Shown here piece after piece: positions 50,580 through 62,900 of a DNA stretch of 64,000 nt. Position 1 is the first letter of the stretch. The number at the start of each line of letters is the position of its first letter. This stretch comes from Glaucostegus cemiculus (Eukaryota). Made by a program: the position numbers and the translations under genes. The notes beneath the pieces were generated by a model that ran no database searches, was not told where the DNA came from, and was given only the letters and a program-made list of their open reading frames with translations. Location: positions 9,052,001 through 9,116,000 of the forward strand of contig CDPCPM010000141.1 in the NCBI GenBank assembly GCA_976551045.1, read 5' to 3'.

Positions 50580-51410
50580 ACCGGCTGGAACTTCAGGGCG
50601 AGCTCTCCCCCGACCCCCTGGTTAACCCAGTTCTTAAACGGCTGCATAATTGCTGGTTTTGCCTTCAGCGGCTGGGGTCCGAAACTCTGGAATTCTCCAG
50701 CTACCTTCCCGCATTCTTCCCTCCTTAATCCCAGTTTTTATGACCAAACTTTTGCTCATTCACCCTAATGACTCCTGACGGGGGTAGGGTGTCGAGTTTT
50801 ACGTGTTCAAACCCCTCCGGGGTGCTGACGACGAAGACTCGCCACGTACAGGAGCCCCACGTCCAGACCCCTCACCACAGGGAGCTTCAAAGTCTCCCCA
50901 ACTGTTGACCCCCTTAAATTCACTTCTGTCAGTTTCTCCCAGTCAGTTTCTCGGCTGTTGCTCGCCCCGTTCGGCGGCTGCGGTTCAAAGTAATTTCAAC
51001 AATGGTCTTACCAGAAATTCCCCAGAAATATTCTCGTCCTTGCTGGATTTCTTGCCCTGAACTTCTCTGAGAAATTTCAGCAGGGCAGTTCTTTGGTCCA
51101 TGCTGAAAACTGGGGAACTGCTGGCGGATCTCGCTGGTCGGCGCAGGACATGACAAAGGTTGTGATCTCAATTGGCCAGAAGGGCAAGGCTCGGCGCTGC
51201 ATGCCTGCGGTTTTAATGAAGTTATAAAGCGTCTTGAGGGAAATCAGCAGTCGCTGTTGCTGTGGTCAGAGAGGGGAAAAATAGACACACGCTCCCCGGG
51301 TCCTAGCGCCCCCAGGGTTCCTTTGCGCTCAGGCGATTTAATCAACAATTTAGCAAACATTGTTTTTTCCCTCTCAATTTAACTTTATGCTCCCCGGAAG
51401 TTTTACTTCA
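50580..51410 (-). promoter_or_regulatory. CpG-rich promoter/exon-1 region of the PTPN22-like gene
   Basis: Local CpG enrichment. Motifs: CCGGAAGT (ETS) 51394-51401; RUNX-type TGCGGTT at 51206-51212 and 50979-50985; TGTGGTC at 51261; CCAAT (minus) near 51171-51175; TATA-like TTTATAA near 51222-51228. Confidence 0.65.
51012..51101 (-). CDS. PTPN22: PTPN22-like phosphatase, coding exon 1 (MDQRTALLKFLREVQGKKSSKDENISGEFL)
   Basis: ATG in strong context (agcATGg); 90 nt; ends CTG|gtaag. Resembles the human PTPN22 N-terminus MDQREILQKFL...NEFL. CpG-rich surroundings. Confidence 0.9.
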
Positions 51411-51699
51411 CTTTAAATAAATTAACCATAGCATTAAAAAACTTAGGTTATTTGACTTGACTTCTGAGATAACATTAATAATATAAATTTGGACCGCATT
51501 TTTTTTTCTGGTTGAGTACTTAACATGTCTTATTTTTTTTCCATGATACGTTTGTGCTTGCGGCTAAATGAGTGTGACGGGTGGTATCTGTGTGTAGGTG
51601 GCTGGGGGACTTGTACCTCTATGGTCGTCTGGGCACGGAGCCACACACATGCTTATGTGGTTTACGGCTGCCCTACTCCATCCTTGTCGCAGTCCAACC

Positions 51700-52880
51700 G
51701 TGACTCTAGATGATCATTCCAACACACTCTTGGTCAACCTCCCTTGGATTACTTTCTACAGACTAGAAGTCATTCAAAACTTTGCTGCTGTTGTCCGAAC
51801 TCACACTAAGTCTTCTTCCTCCGTCACTCGAGTGCTCGCTGACCTACAATGGGCCCTGGTTAAGCAATGCACTTACATTATAATTATCATCTTACTTTTC
51901 AAATTCCTCCATGCTCTCACCTCTCTATGTAGCTCTTTAACCTATTGAACTATCTGTGCCCCTCTTACACTGGCCAAATTCACATGCTAATTCATTGTTC
52001 TTTGCCGATAGCACCCCTCATCTCTAGAATTTTCTTTCTAAATGTCTCTGTCTCTCAAGATTCAAGATTCAAGATTGCTTTATTGTCATTGAGCAGTTGA
52101 GACAACAGAACAACGAGGTTTCATTGGCACTCCCATGTCAGACAATAGGCACAGTACTTAAATATTAAATAAATAGAGAATAAATTAAGTTAGAGTTTAC
52201 ACTGTAGGGTTTACTTGATGTATTAGAGGGAGAGAGAGAAGAAGCGAGAAAGGACTAGTGCAATCCGTGAAATTTAAAGTCCTTGTTTAAGATTTTCACA
52301 GAGTTGGGGAAGAAGATATTCCTCAATCTGGCCGTGGATGTGTGGAATGTCCTGAAGCATTTCTTTGAGGGGAGCAGACTGAAGAGGTGATGGGCCAGGT
52401 GGGAAGAGTCCTTAATGATGTTTGTAGCCTTGTTCAGACACCAGGACTCATAAATGTCCGCCAGTGCGGGTAGGCGCACCCCTGTGATCTTCCGTACCGT
52501 GTCAATCACCCGCTGTAGGTTTCCTCTCTTTGTTGGTACAGTTGGCATACCAGGCAGTGATGCTGTATGTCAGGATGCTCTCTATCGCACACCTATAGAA
52601 ATTGACCAGGATACCTGTCGACAAGTTTGCACTCTTCAGCTGCCGTAGGAAGTACAGACGCTGTTGCGCTTTCCTGATGCTTAATGTAGAGTGAGTTCCC
52701 CAGGAGAGGTCTTCGGTGATGTCTCTCACACTCTCCCTTCATTCTTTAGGACAAGGTATCCCCGTTTACTCAGCTTTTGTATATTTAAGTTACTTTTGTT
52801 TGCAGCTCAGCGTCAATATTTGTTCAATAATAATCCTTTTTATTTTGCTATCTTAAAGGTGCTATACAAATGTAAGTTGT
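51700..52880 (+). mobile_element. L2 LINE 3' end, interrupted by a Rex element
   Basis: SNTLLVNLP..RLEVIQNFAA..VTRVLADLQW; tail aaggtgctatacaaatgtaagttgt at ~52857-52880. Confidence 0.75.
52056..52722 (-). mobile_element. Rex1/Babar LINE 3' fragment
   Basis: EDLSW..KAQQRLYFLRQLK..FYRCAIESILTYSITAWY and SHLAHHLFSLLPS; (atcttga)3 tail. Confidence 0.9.
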
Positions 52881-53184
52881 AGGGCTGCACACTTTGAATC
52901 CGAATGACCTACACATGTATATTTGCATCTTGTTTATTGAGATGTATTGGGCAGTTATTTATCAGCCTTTGTTCAGTCAACGCCATCACCACTTGTGTCA
53001 TTCAATCTTAGCTCTATCACAGTCGTTCCCTTTAGTTCTCTCTGAACCCCACCCTGACCTTCCTCTGCAACGTTAAACTTGTTACATTTCTAATTTTTTC
53101 CAGTTCTGATTCAGGGCCATTACCTCTCATTTTCTCTCTCCACTGATGGAGATTTAGCTTTGGTATAATGTAGTGGTGTGTGTT

Positions 53185-53188
<4 letters not shown>

Positions 53189-53227
<39 letters not shown>

Positions 53228-53510
53228 TAGTGCATATGTATAATCCACACCTTTATACGTGTGTGCATCTGCTTGTGTATCTGCGTTTTTGTACATATTT
53301 GTGCATTTGATGGGCTATATATATGTTGGTGGATTGGGATGCTACCAGCATGTTTGCCTATTTCATATATATTTATGTCGTTTATATCATGGCCTGTGGT
53401 GCATAGATCTATATCTTTATGCATGTGTGTCTTTGTATACAGTATATGTGTTGTTCTTTGTCTCTGTGTACAGATAGATATCTGTGTATGCAATTGTGTC
53501 TGTGTGTCAG
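53189..53510 (+). repeat. (TG)~19 microsatellite followed by degenerate TG/TA-rich low-complexity tract
   Basis: Direct reading. Confidence 0.9.
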
Positions 53511-53744
53511 CTTGAAAGTTCAATGGTATCTATTTTGTTCCTTCCCTTTCCCTCGTTCAGTTATTGTTTACTGCAGTTCACCTCTAAATTCTTCCAAGAA
53601 GCCACCCCGAAACAATGATTTCTCTGCTCCCTCCACAGCTGCTGCCTGACCTGTTGATACTTCCTGATATTTTCTTGCTTTTGCTGCCTTTTTCATGTTA
53701 ATACAAAAGGGTAGCATGGAGATGATCTAAGTTTGTATTTCATT

Positions 53745-54075
53745 ATGACAAAAAAGAGAGGCCATTTGGCCCATCGGGTCTGTGTCTGCTCTTGGAGCAA
53801 TCCCCTAATCATATTTCCCCACTTATGTCCCTGCACCTATTCTCTCACACATATCTATTTCCCCCAATTCTCCCATCAGCCTCCTACACTAGAGGTAATT
53901 TACATCAAGCACATTTAACAAACAGCATGTCTTTGGGAGGTGGGAGGAAACTGGAACATCCAGGGGGAAGCCACAAAGTTACAGGGAGAACATGCAAACC
54001 CAGTCAAACAATACCAAAGACTAGAACTGAACATAGGCCACTGGCACAAGTCCACTACCTGCAGCACCATAATGC
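53745..54075 (-). mobile_element. Older V-SINE with CR1-type tail
   Basis: tttgcatgttctccctgt..ttccagtttcctcccac core; gatgggccaaatggcctc tail. Confidence 0.65.
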
Positions 54076-54199
54076 CATCAGTTTTGCCATAACTGGACAC
54101 AACAGATGAATGATTCAAGATTGAAATGAGTAGAAAGGCAAGGTAAACCCAGAAATAGTGACTCAATGTGGTCAGAGGCAGAGAAAGGAAGGGCTCTGT

Positions 54200-54975
54200 A
54201 GGAGTCATAGAGTTATACAGCATGGAAGCCCGACCGCTCCATGCTGACCAAGGCACTACCTGAGCCTGAGCTAGTCTCATTTGCCTAGGTTTGGCCCACA
54301 TCCCACTAAACCCTTCCTACTCATGTACCTGTCCAAGTGTCTTTTAAACCTTGTAATTGTACCCGTCTCTACCACTTCCTTTGGCAATTCGTTTCACATA
54401 CCCACCACCCTCTGCATGAAAAAGTTGCCCTTCAGGTCCTCTTTAGAATCAGAATCAGTTTTTATTTTCACCACTATATACACATTCAGTATGCATAGGA
54501 GCGAAATACCGTACTCCACAGGTCAAGGTGCTTGTCACATTAAAAAAAATAAACAAACAATGAGAGATGCAAAGACAGAAAGACACTAAAAACATTGGAA
54601 CCACAAAATTAAATAGTGACAAATAAACAATCTTAAAGAGAAAAATCTTTTCCCTCCTATCTTAAACATATGCCCTCTAGTTTTAGACACCCACACCCTG
54701 GGAAAAAGACTGTGACCATTCACCTTATGTTTTCCCCTCATGATTTTATATAGTTCTATTAGGTCACTCCTCAGCCTCCTATGTTCCAGGGGGAACAGTC
54801 CCTGCCAATCCAGTCTCTCCTTATAACTCCAACCAGCCAGTCCCAGCAACATGTTTGTGAATCTTTTCTGCACCCTTTCCAACTTCATGACATCCTTCCT
54901 ATAGTTAGGACCCCAAACTGTACACAATACTCCAAGTGTGGTTTCAAACTTCTATAGCTATAACATGATATTCCA
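54200..54975 (-). mobile_element. CR1 3' fragment with a short Rex-type tail inserted at ~54445-54640
   Basis: PHLEYCVQF, LERVQKRFT and TRGHMFK remnants; (gaatca)n-bounded insert. Confidence 0.8.
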
Positions 54976-55184
54976 TAGGTACAAGGTTCTGGGAAATATT
55001 TAGACTTGCAAGACCTCCAACATTCCTCTGGAATTGCTAGGCATGCAAAATTAATTTCCAAGACAATACTGTGAACAAATCTGATAAAAAACACGTGTAT
55101 TTAAAAATATTGTTTACTAGTTAGAAACATATTGAAATTCTGGAAAGAAAGGCTGTCTTTACTAGATGAGAGAACAAGGTTGCA

Positions 55185-55500
55185 TTGTTCAGATGGGACA
55201 TCTTACGTGAGGTCTCACCTATCCTTTCAGATGGACAAAAAAGTCCCTTGACATTAGTTTGGATGAACAGGGGAGTTCTCCCAATTTTTCTAGCCAATTT
55301 TCATCTTTTAACCAACCATCTTTCATACAAAACAGATTTTCTAGTCCTTATTTCATTCCTGTTTGTCAGCATTTGATGTGGGAAAATTGCTGCATGTTCC
55401 TGGGTTGTAGCAATGACTACACTTCAAAAGTACTTCACTGGGTAAAGCACTTGTGATATCTTGAGATCAGACAAGGTGCTATATAAATGCAGTTTCTTTC
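55185..55500 (+). mobile_element. DeuSINE-like element with L2-type tail
   Basis: gaacaggggagttctccc core and aaggtgctatataaatgcag tail. Confidence 0.55.
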
Positions 55501-58500
55501 TTTGCTTCAATGATCAGGATGGAAGAAGGGGAACTGTGTAGTCTTTAGCTATTTGTCATCTCACAGTGACAATGTTCCCTGTGGCTCTACATTTGTTTCG
55601 TTTTCACTATGTTGTCATTCAGACCTTGCCTTCATAGTCGTGCTTCATATTTTGGGAAATATAAGAGTTGGGATAGCATTGAATCACAGCAAAGGATGGC
55701 AACAATGAATGAAAAAGGATTATGTATGTAAAATGCAATATCTGCTGGTGAGAAAGAATGATAGCAAATTACCCTTCTGGAAACCAATTGTAGTTTCTTT
55801 TTCTTATAATCACATAGCACAGCAGAAACCCATTCAGCCCATGTGAGATCTCAATGTGTGCAAATTGGATCCCATATTTCCTAGATTGCAAGTGGCTTCA
55901 TGTAAAAAAAATTACATTGGCTGTAAAGTACTTTGGGATATTCTGAGGTCAGGAAAGTCTCTTTCAGAAAGCAAAACCAATTACTTTAATTTCATGTGCA
56001 CTTCCCAGATATCTGTGTAACTATTTTACCTTTCAAATATTTATCCAATTCTTCTTTGAAAGTTGTTGTTTAATCTGATTTCCAGGTCATAGCAACTTGC
56101 TGTGTCAAAGTGTTTGACGTGTTGCTTGTACAGCTGTTATATCTCATGATATAACATCTGCATGTTATATCATGAGTTGGGTCTGCATTTTCCATTTGAT
56201 AGAATTAAATAAATTAGCGTTAGGGGCTAAGTTTGGTTTGAACTCCTGATCTCATGTCTCCTTTTCTGAGTTAGAATTACTGTTTACTTTATGTTTAGAT
56301 CGTTGTAAAGCACTTCAACAAGTTCACCAAGGTCCTCCAGAACAGATAATCTGCTTTCCTTCTCCTGTCTAACCTACAGTACATGTGACTCTCCCCACTT
56401 GCTATTTACGTGGTCTGTAAGGGCCTCACAGCAAATAGGAATGGGGAATTAATACTTGTTTCCAAGATGGGTTGGCACCATGGTGCAGATAGTAGAACTG
56501 ATGCCTCACAATTCCAGTAATCCGGGTTTAATCCTGATTTTGAAGTGAAGGTTTGGAATTTAGACCAACCTGTCATTAGTTAAGTGCACTTGGGCAGTAG
56601 AATGTATGTGATATAACACTCCTCCACACCAACCTCATGGTGGCCGGCTGCCATTGACAATCTGCTAAAGACTATGCACTTTCATTATGCATTGATTTCC
56701 TGTATCATTCTAATGAGAAATCAATGAAACATCCTGTTGGTCATTCCTTTACCCCTTGAATATCATTACTAAAGGAAATTGTTTCAATATCAGCATATAA
56801 CCATGATCTCTGTGGTCTCAAAACTGCATGAAAGGTAGTGAGCTAATGTGTCAGAAATTGCACATAGCTCAACTGTCAGTTTGCCTGGGTGCTTTTCTCA
56901 CACGCTCTTTGCTGTCTGAGAGGTGCAGAGCTATAAAGGGCAAAATAAAAAAAGTAACACAATTTGTCATTTGTTTGTTTCCTTTCTTCCTCCTTCACTA
57001 TCCTCTTTCTGTTCTTTCCTGCGAATAAATTGTAACCAGATTAAAAAATTATTGTGCAGTGAGAGCTAATTTGAGCTGGAACTACCTCATGGCACGCTGA
57101 CAACAGTGGAGATCTTCGATTCTGTAAGATGAACATGGGAACAGAAGTAGGCGACTTGAATCCAAGGTACATTGTTTTCCTTATAAAGACAAAGGTTTTT
57201 ATCCCCTTGCATAAAGATAGATATTTCTGTCCTCATTACTGTCAGCCAAGTTCAGTGGTAACATCCTCATCTAAATCAAGAAGTTGCAGGCCCTTGCTTA
57301 ATTGGATGATATGTATTCTGATAGAATCAGATGACACCAGAAGTGTGAGGTTATAACTAACAGGAAGAAATGAACTTACACTTTTCTCAGTAAAATTTAA
57401 GGCTTGTGGTGGGGGTGGGGATGGGTGAGCTAACAGAGGTCTTTAAAATTATGTAGAGTTTAATATATTAGATATGAAACAAATATTTCCACTTCTGAGG
57501 AATCCAAAATCTAAGGGCCAATAATATAAGGTAGTCACTAAAACCCCCAGAAAGGATTAGTGAGAATCTTTATGTAGAAGGTGATTAGACTGTGAAACTT
57601 GCTACTGATAGAATATTTCATATAATTATTGCAGAGGTGTTTGCAGGGAAGCTAAATGAACGTATTATGGAGAAGAGAATGGAAGGAGATAATGAAAGGG
57701 TGGAAAGAGGGTCTTATGAAGCCTAAAAGCTAGCATGGATCAGATGGCCAACTTCTGTACTGTTAGTGCAATATAGTTTGAATAAGCATGCTTTTAAAGT
57801 TGAATAATAATTTAACCCTCCAACTATTCTATCCCCCACCCCCTGCACCTTTTTCCCACTGCTACTCAGGAGGCAAGAGTGGGACACCAACCAGATGTAA
57901 CAGGGTTATGTTGATCAATGGCACCATCTTCTGGCTGAAATATCACATTAATTTTGCTGTACAAAATCAGAGCCAACATGGGAATTGAATAGCAACTTCC
58001 AGTGACTGCATACACATAGTTAAATGCAGAAATTAGCAAGTTGTCCTCCAAGCTGCTCTGCTCTCCTAGAAACTGTGTGATGTTTTTTCTCACTGAGAGA
58101 TTTGCCAATACTTGGAACAGCATGAAGTTGTTGTATTACCTGATATAAACACACTAAGCTTCACAGAAAAAGTCTATTCCAGTGTAAGTACCCTGTTAGA
58201 CAATGTTGTATGTCGTAGATACTGTCAAACAACATCTTCGGCATTGAAGATTTACACTTGAAAGCTCGAAGTCCCATTCCCTTCAAATTTACATTATTGT
58301 TGCTGTAACAAAAAAAATACTTTAATTTCTGCCTTACTTTGATTCCTTTCAATCCAAATGCATTTGCTTCTTTTTATTTTGCTTCCAGTGCCTGATTTGA
58401 GATTGAGTTAAATATTCTAAGTGCCATTTCCTAGATTAGATTGTGCTTTGTCATTGAAGATTCTTCAATGCAGTTGAATTCTTGTTGTGTTCCCTGTGAG

Positions 58501-58739
58501 TATCCAGATTAACTAACTCAGATCTGGTCAGTACTTAGATGAGAGTCCAGCTGGGAAACCGAGTATAGTAAACTCACTTCCTGGGGACACAAATGATCCG
58601 ATCCGCAGACTGAATTCATATTGCAAGGACAATCTCAGCCACACTTTAAAAACATTGAGGGATTACACTGTTGCTTGCCTCATTCATTTGTGTGTTACGT
58701 GTTCAATGGAGGGGCACTGGTCTCTTTGGCTAGTTAGCA

Positions 58740-59030
58740 GGCACAGTAGTGTAGCGGCTAGCATGACACTATTACAGTGCCAGCGACCCGTGTTCAATTC
58801 CTACCGCTGTCTGTAAGGAGTCTGTACGCTCTCCCCGTGTGTCTGCGTGGGTTTCCTCTGGGTGCTCCGGTTTCCTCGCACATTGCAAAGATGTACGGGT
58901 TAGGAAGTTGTGGGAATGTTATGTTGCCGCTAGAAACGTGACGATGCTTGCGGGCTACCCCCCTCGCTAAGCAAAGATGCATTTCATTGTGTGTTTTGAT
59001 GTACATGTGACTAATAAAGATAGCTTAAGC
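58740..59030 (+). mobile_element. V-SINE with Rex/Babar-type tail
   Basis: ggcacagtagtgtagcggctagc head, gttcaattcc B-box, V core, tail atttcattgtgtgttttgatgtacatgtgactaataaa. Confidence 0.85.
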
Positions 59031-59204
59031 TTATATAGCTTGTAGCTGTCAGCAATCTCCTGTGAAAAGCACACAGAAGGTCCATGAACAGATGCAAAGG
59101 TAATGCATGACACTGTTCATCAACATTGACTACAAGCTCTAGTTCTATGTCTTTGCAGAAATCACAAATTTTGTTTCTTTCACTTCATACGACAAGTTTT
59201 CATG

Positions 59205-59325
59205 CTTGGAGACACAAGAGACTGCCGATGCTGGAATCTGGAGCAACAAACAAGCTGTTGGAAGAACTCAGCAAGTTAAGCAGCATCTGTGGGAGGAAAG
59301 GAATTGTTGACATTTCAGGCTGAAA
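59205..59325 (-). mobile_element. Penelope-like terminal fragment
   Basis: Minus strand cctgaaatgtcaac...cacagatgctgc..gctgagttcttcc. Confidence 0.6.
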
Positions 59326-59984
59326 TGGAGAGGCGAGATGCTTCCTCTGTGGAGAAGACTTCCAGGATTTAATTTTATGGGCTGATTCTTGATTTTGCAA
59401 ATGGGGGTAATAGTTTGGAATTAATAGACCAGTAGGAAGTAGCATTCTGACTTTTGCATAATCAGGAAATTGTGGTCAAATTACCCTTGAAATGACTTTT
59501 GTTGCAATGTAAGTTTTTGCTACAATTAATTTATATAGCATAAACATAAAATCATCCAAGAACCAGTGAAATTGTGCCATAAGACAGAATGTAATTGTTT
59601 ATTTTCTTCCTATTAAAATGTTTTCTTCAAATTATTCACAATTATTAACTTGGTGCTTGTAAGGACTTGGTGATTAATACAACAAAAATAAGTTGGTCAT
59701 GAAAAATAATGAGAGTAAGTTCCAAAAGCAATTTACAAAAGAGAAATAACCCTTTCATGGAATTATTTAACAGCCTTCTTACTTTCAATCACTGTAAACT
59801 TTAGCTCATCTACATTTCTGCCTTGGTGTTTCCAACATATACTCATCAAGGATTGGGACAGTACTGCACTCGTGCTACAGGGACTTAAAACACCAGGCTG
59901 GTAAACAGCTCCTGGAAGCCACTGGCATCCCCGTGAAGGCTAACGCACATCTTTCCTGGTTTTCCAAGAACTAATCAATGACCA

Positions 59985-62900
59985 ATTTGGGTTCAATATC
60001 ATTCCTTAGACAACACACTGCCTTTGGAAGTCTCAGTGGTTGTTGGATTGCCAACTGCACCCATGGCATTTGATTGAGTTTTCACAAATGTGACTGAGGT
60101 TTTGAAGAAGTAACCAAGAAGATCAATGACAGCAGGGTAGTAGTTGTAGTCCATATGAACTCCAGCAAGGCCTTTTATAAGGTTCTGCATTGTAAGCTGC
60201 TCTGTAGGATTAGATTGCATGGGATCCAGGGAGAGCTATCTAACTGGATACAGAATTGGCTTTGATGGTAGGAAGCAAGAGGCTGATAAGGGAAAGGTGT
60301 TTTTCAGACTGGAGGCCAATGATTAGTGGTGTGCCCTGGGGTTGGATGCTGGGCCCACTCTTGTTTGTCATCAATATCAACGATAGGGATGAGAATGTAC
60401 AAAGCATCATTCCTAAGTTTGCAGATGACACTAAAATATGTAGTATTGTAGATACTGAAGAAGGTTATCAGGAATTACAGAGGGATCTTGATCAGCTGGA
60501 TAAGTCGGCTGAGGAATGCTATATGGAGTTTAATTCAGCTAAGTATGAGGTGTTGCATTTTGGTAATTGTTAATTGGTTCATTATTGTCATATTTACCAA
60601 GATACTTTGAAAAGCTTTTGTTTGCATGCCATCCAGACAGATCATTCCACGAACAAGTACACTGATGTAGTACAAAATGAATGCAGAATATAATAGGTAT
60701 TGGTATTGTTTATTATTGTCACTTGTACCAAGGTACAGTGAAAAACTTGTCTCGCATACCAATCATACAAATCAGTCCATTGTACAATGCAGTTACATTG
60801 GGTTAGTACAGAGTGCATTGATGTGGTACAGGTAAAAACAATAACAGTACAGAGTAAAGTGTCACAGCTACAGAAAAAGTGCAGTGCAATAAGGTGCAAG
60901 GTCACAACATGGTACATGGTGAGGCCATAGTCATCTCATCGTATAAGGGAACCGTTCAATAGACTTATCACAGTGGGGTAGAAGTTGTCCTTAAGTCTGG
61001 TGGTACGTGCCTTCAGGCTCTTGTATCTTCTACCTGATGGAACAGGAGAGAAGAGAGAATGACCCGGGTGGGTGAGGTCTTTGATTATGCTGGCTGCTTC
61101 ACTGAGACAGTGAGAGGTAAAGACAGAGTCCAAGGAGGGGAGGCTGGTGTCTGTGACGCACTGCAGTTTCTTGCAGTCCTGGGTAGAGCAGTTGCTGTAA
61201 CAAGCCGTGATGCATCCAGATAGGATGCTTTCTATGGTTCATTGATAAAAGTTGGTGAGATCCAAAGAGGACAAACCAAATTTCTTTAGCCTCCTGAGGA
61301 AGTAGAGGGTTACAGAGAAAGTGCAGTGCAGGTAGACAAATAAAGTGCATGAGCCTGACGAGGTAGATTGAGAGATCAAGAGTTCATCTTTATTGTATAA
61401 GAGGTCTGTTCAAGAGTCTGATAGCAGTAGGATAGAAGCTGTCTTTGAGACTCATGGTATGTAATCTCAAGCTTTTGTATCTTCTGCCCATTATAGAGAA
61501 GAGAGAATGACCAGTGTGGGAAGGGTCCTTGATTATGTCGGCTGCTTTCCCAAGGCAGTGGGAAGTGTAGACAGAGTCAATGAAGGGGCAGCTGGTTTTT
61601 GTGATAGACTGTGTTGTGTTCACAACTCTTTGCAATTTCTTACAGTCTTGGGCATCACAGTTGCCACACCAGGCTGTGAAGCATCCGGACAGGATGCTTC
61701 CTATGGTCCATCTGTAAAAATTGGTGAGAGTCATCGGGTATATGTTGAATTTCCTCAGCCTTCTGAGGAAGTAGAGGCACTGGTGTACTTTCATTGCCAT
61801 ATCATCTATGTAATTGGACCAGAACAAGTTGTTGGTAATATTTATACCTAGGAACTTGAAGGTCTCAACCATTTCCACCTCAGCACCACTGATACAGATG
61901 GGACGTGTCCTCTGCCCCACTTCCTGAATTCAGTGACCAGCTCTTTTGTTTTGTTGACATCGAGGGAGAGGTTGTTGTCTTGACACCATGCCCCTATGCT
62001 CTCTGTTTCCTCCCTTTACTTTGTCTCGTCATTGTTTGAAAGCCGGCCCACTGCAGCTCAGTCATCTGCAAACTTCTAAATGGAGTTAGATCAGAATCTG
62101 ACAACACAGTCATGAGTGTATATGGAGTAAATTAAGGGGCTGAGGACGCAGTCTTGTGTGGCACCAGTGTTGAGGATAACCTTGGCAGAGGTGTTGCTCC
62201 CTCTCCTTACTGATGCAGTCTGTTGGTAAGAAAGTCAAGGATCCAGTTGCAGAGCGTTGTGCGGTATCATAGGTCAAGGAGTTTAGAGATGTGTTTGTTT
62301 GGAATTATGGTATTGAAGTTGGAACCATAGTCAATAACGTGGAGTCTGCCATATGCATCTTTGTTATCCAGATGTTCCAAATGTAGGGCCAGGGAGATGG
62401 CATCTACCTTGGACCTGTTTCAGCAGTAGCCAAATTGCAGTGGGTCAAGGTTGTCTGGGAGGCTGGAGTTGATGTGTGCCATGACCAGCCTCTCGAAGCA
62501 CTTCATGATGGTGGGTGTGAGAACTACCAGGCTGTAGTTAAGGCATGTTACCTTGTTTTTCTTTGGCACCAGGATGATAGTGGTCTTCTTAAAGCAGGTG
62601 GGAACCTCAGATTGGAGTAGGGAGAGGCTAAAGATATCTGTGAATAATCTCGCCATCTGATCCACATAGGATCTGAGGACATGGCCGGGGGTCCAACTGG
62701 GCCAGTTGCTTTCCACTGGTTCACTCTCAGAAAGACTGATCTGATGTTTGCAATGGTGACCGGGGGTACAGGTGTTTCAGAGGCTGTAGAGGCAGGTAAT
62801 ATCATTTCACTGACCTTCTGTTTGAAACATGCATAGAATGCATTGAGCTCATTGGGGAGGGATGCATTGTTGCCAGTGATATTGCCTGACTTTGTTTTGT

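Noticed and set aside
53032-53649. Several overlapping ORFs of 72-163 aa
   Set aside because: Artefacts of TG/CA low-complexity sequence.
58740-58810. tRNA gene (also at 47749 and 14412)
   Set aside because: A/B boxes run straight into a V-SINE core and no complete cloverleaf is evident.
55500-60000. Exons of BCL2L15 or AP4B1, the mammalian upstream neighbours
   Set aside because: No recognisable peptide found by eye; a diverged exon cannot be excluded without tblastn.
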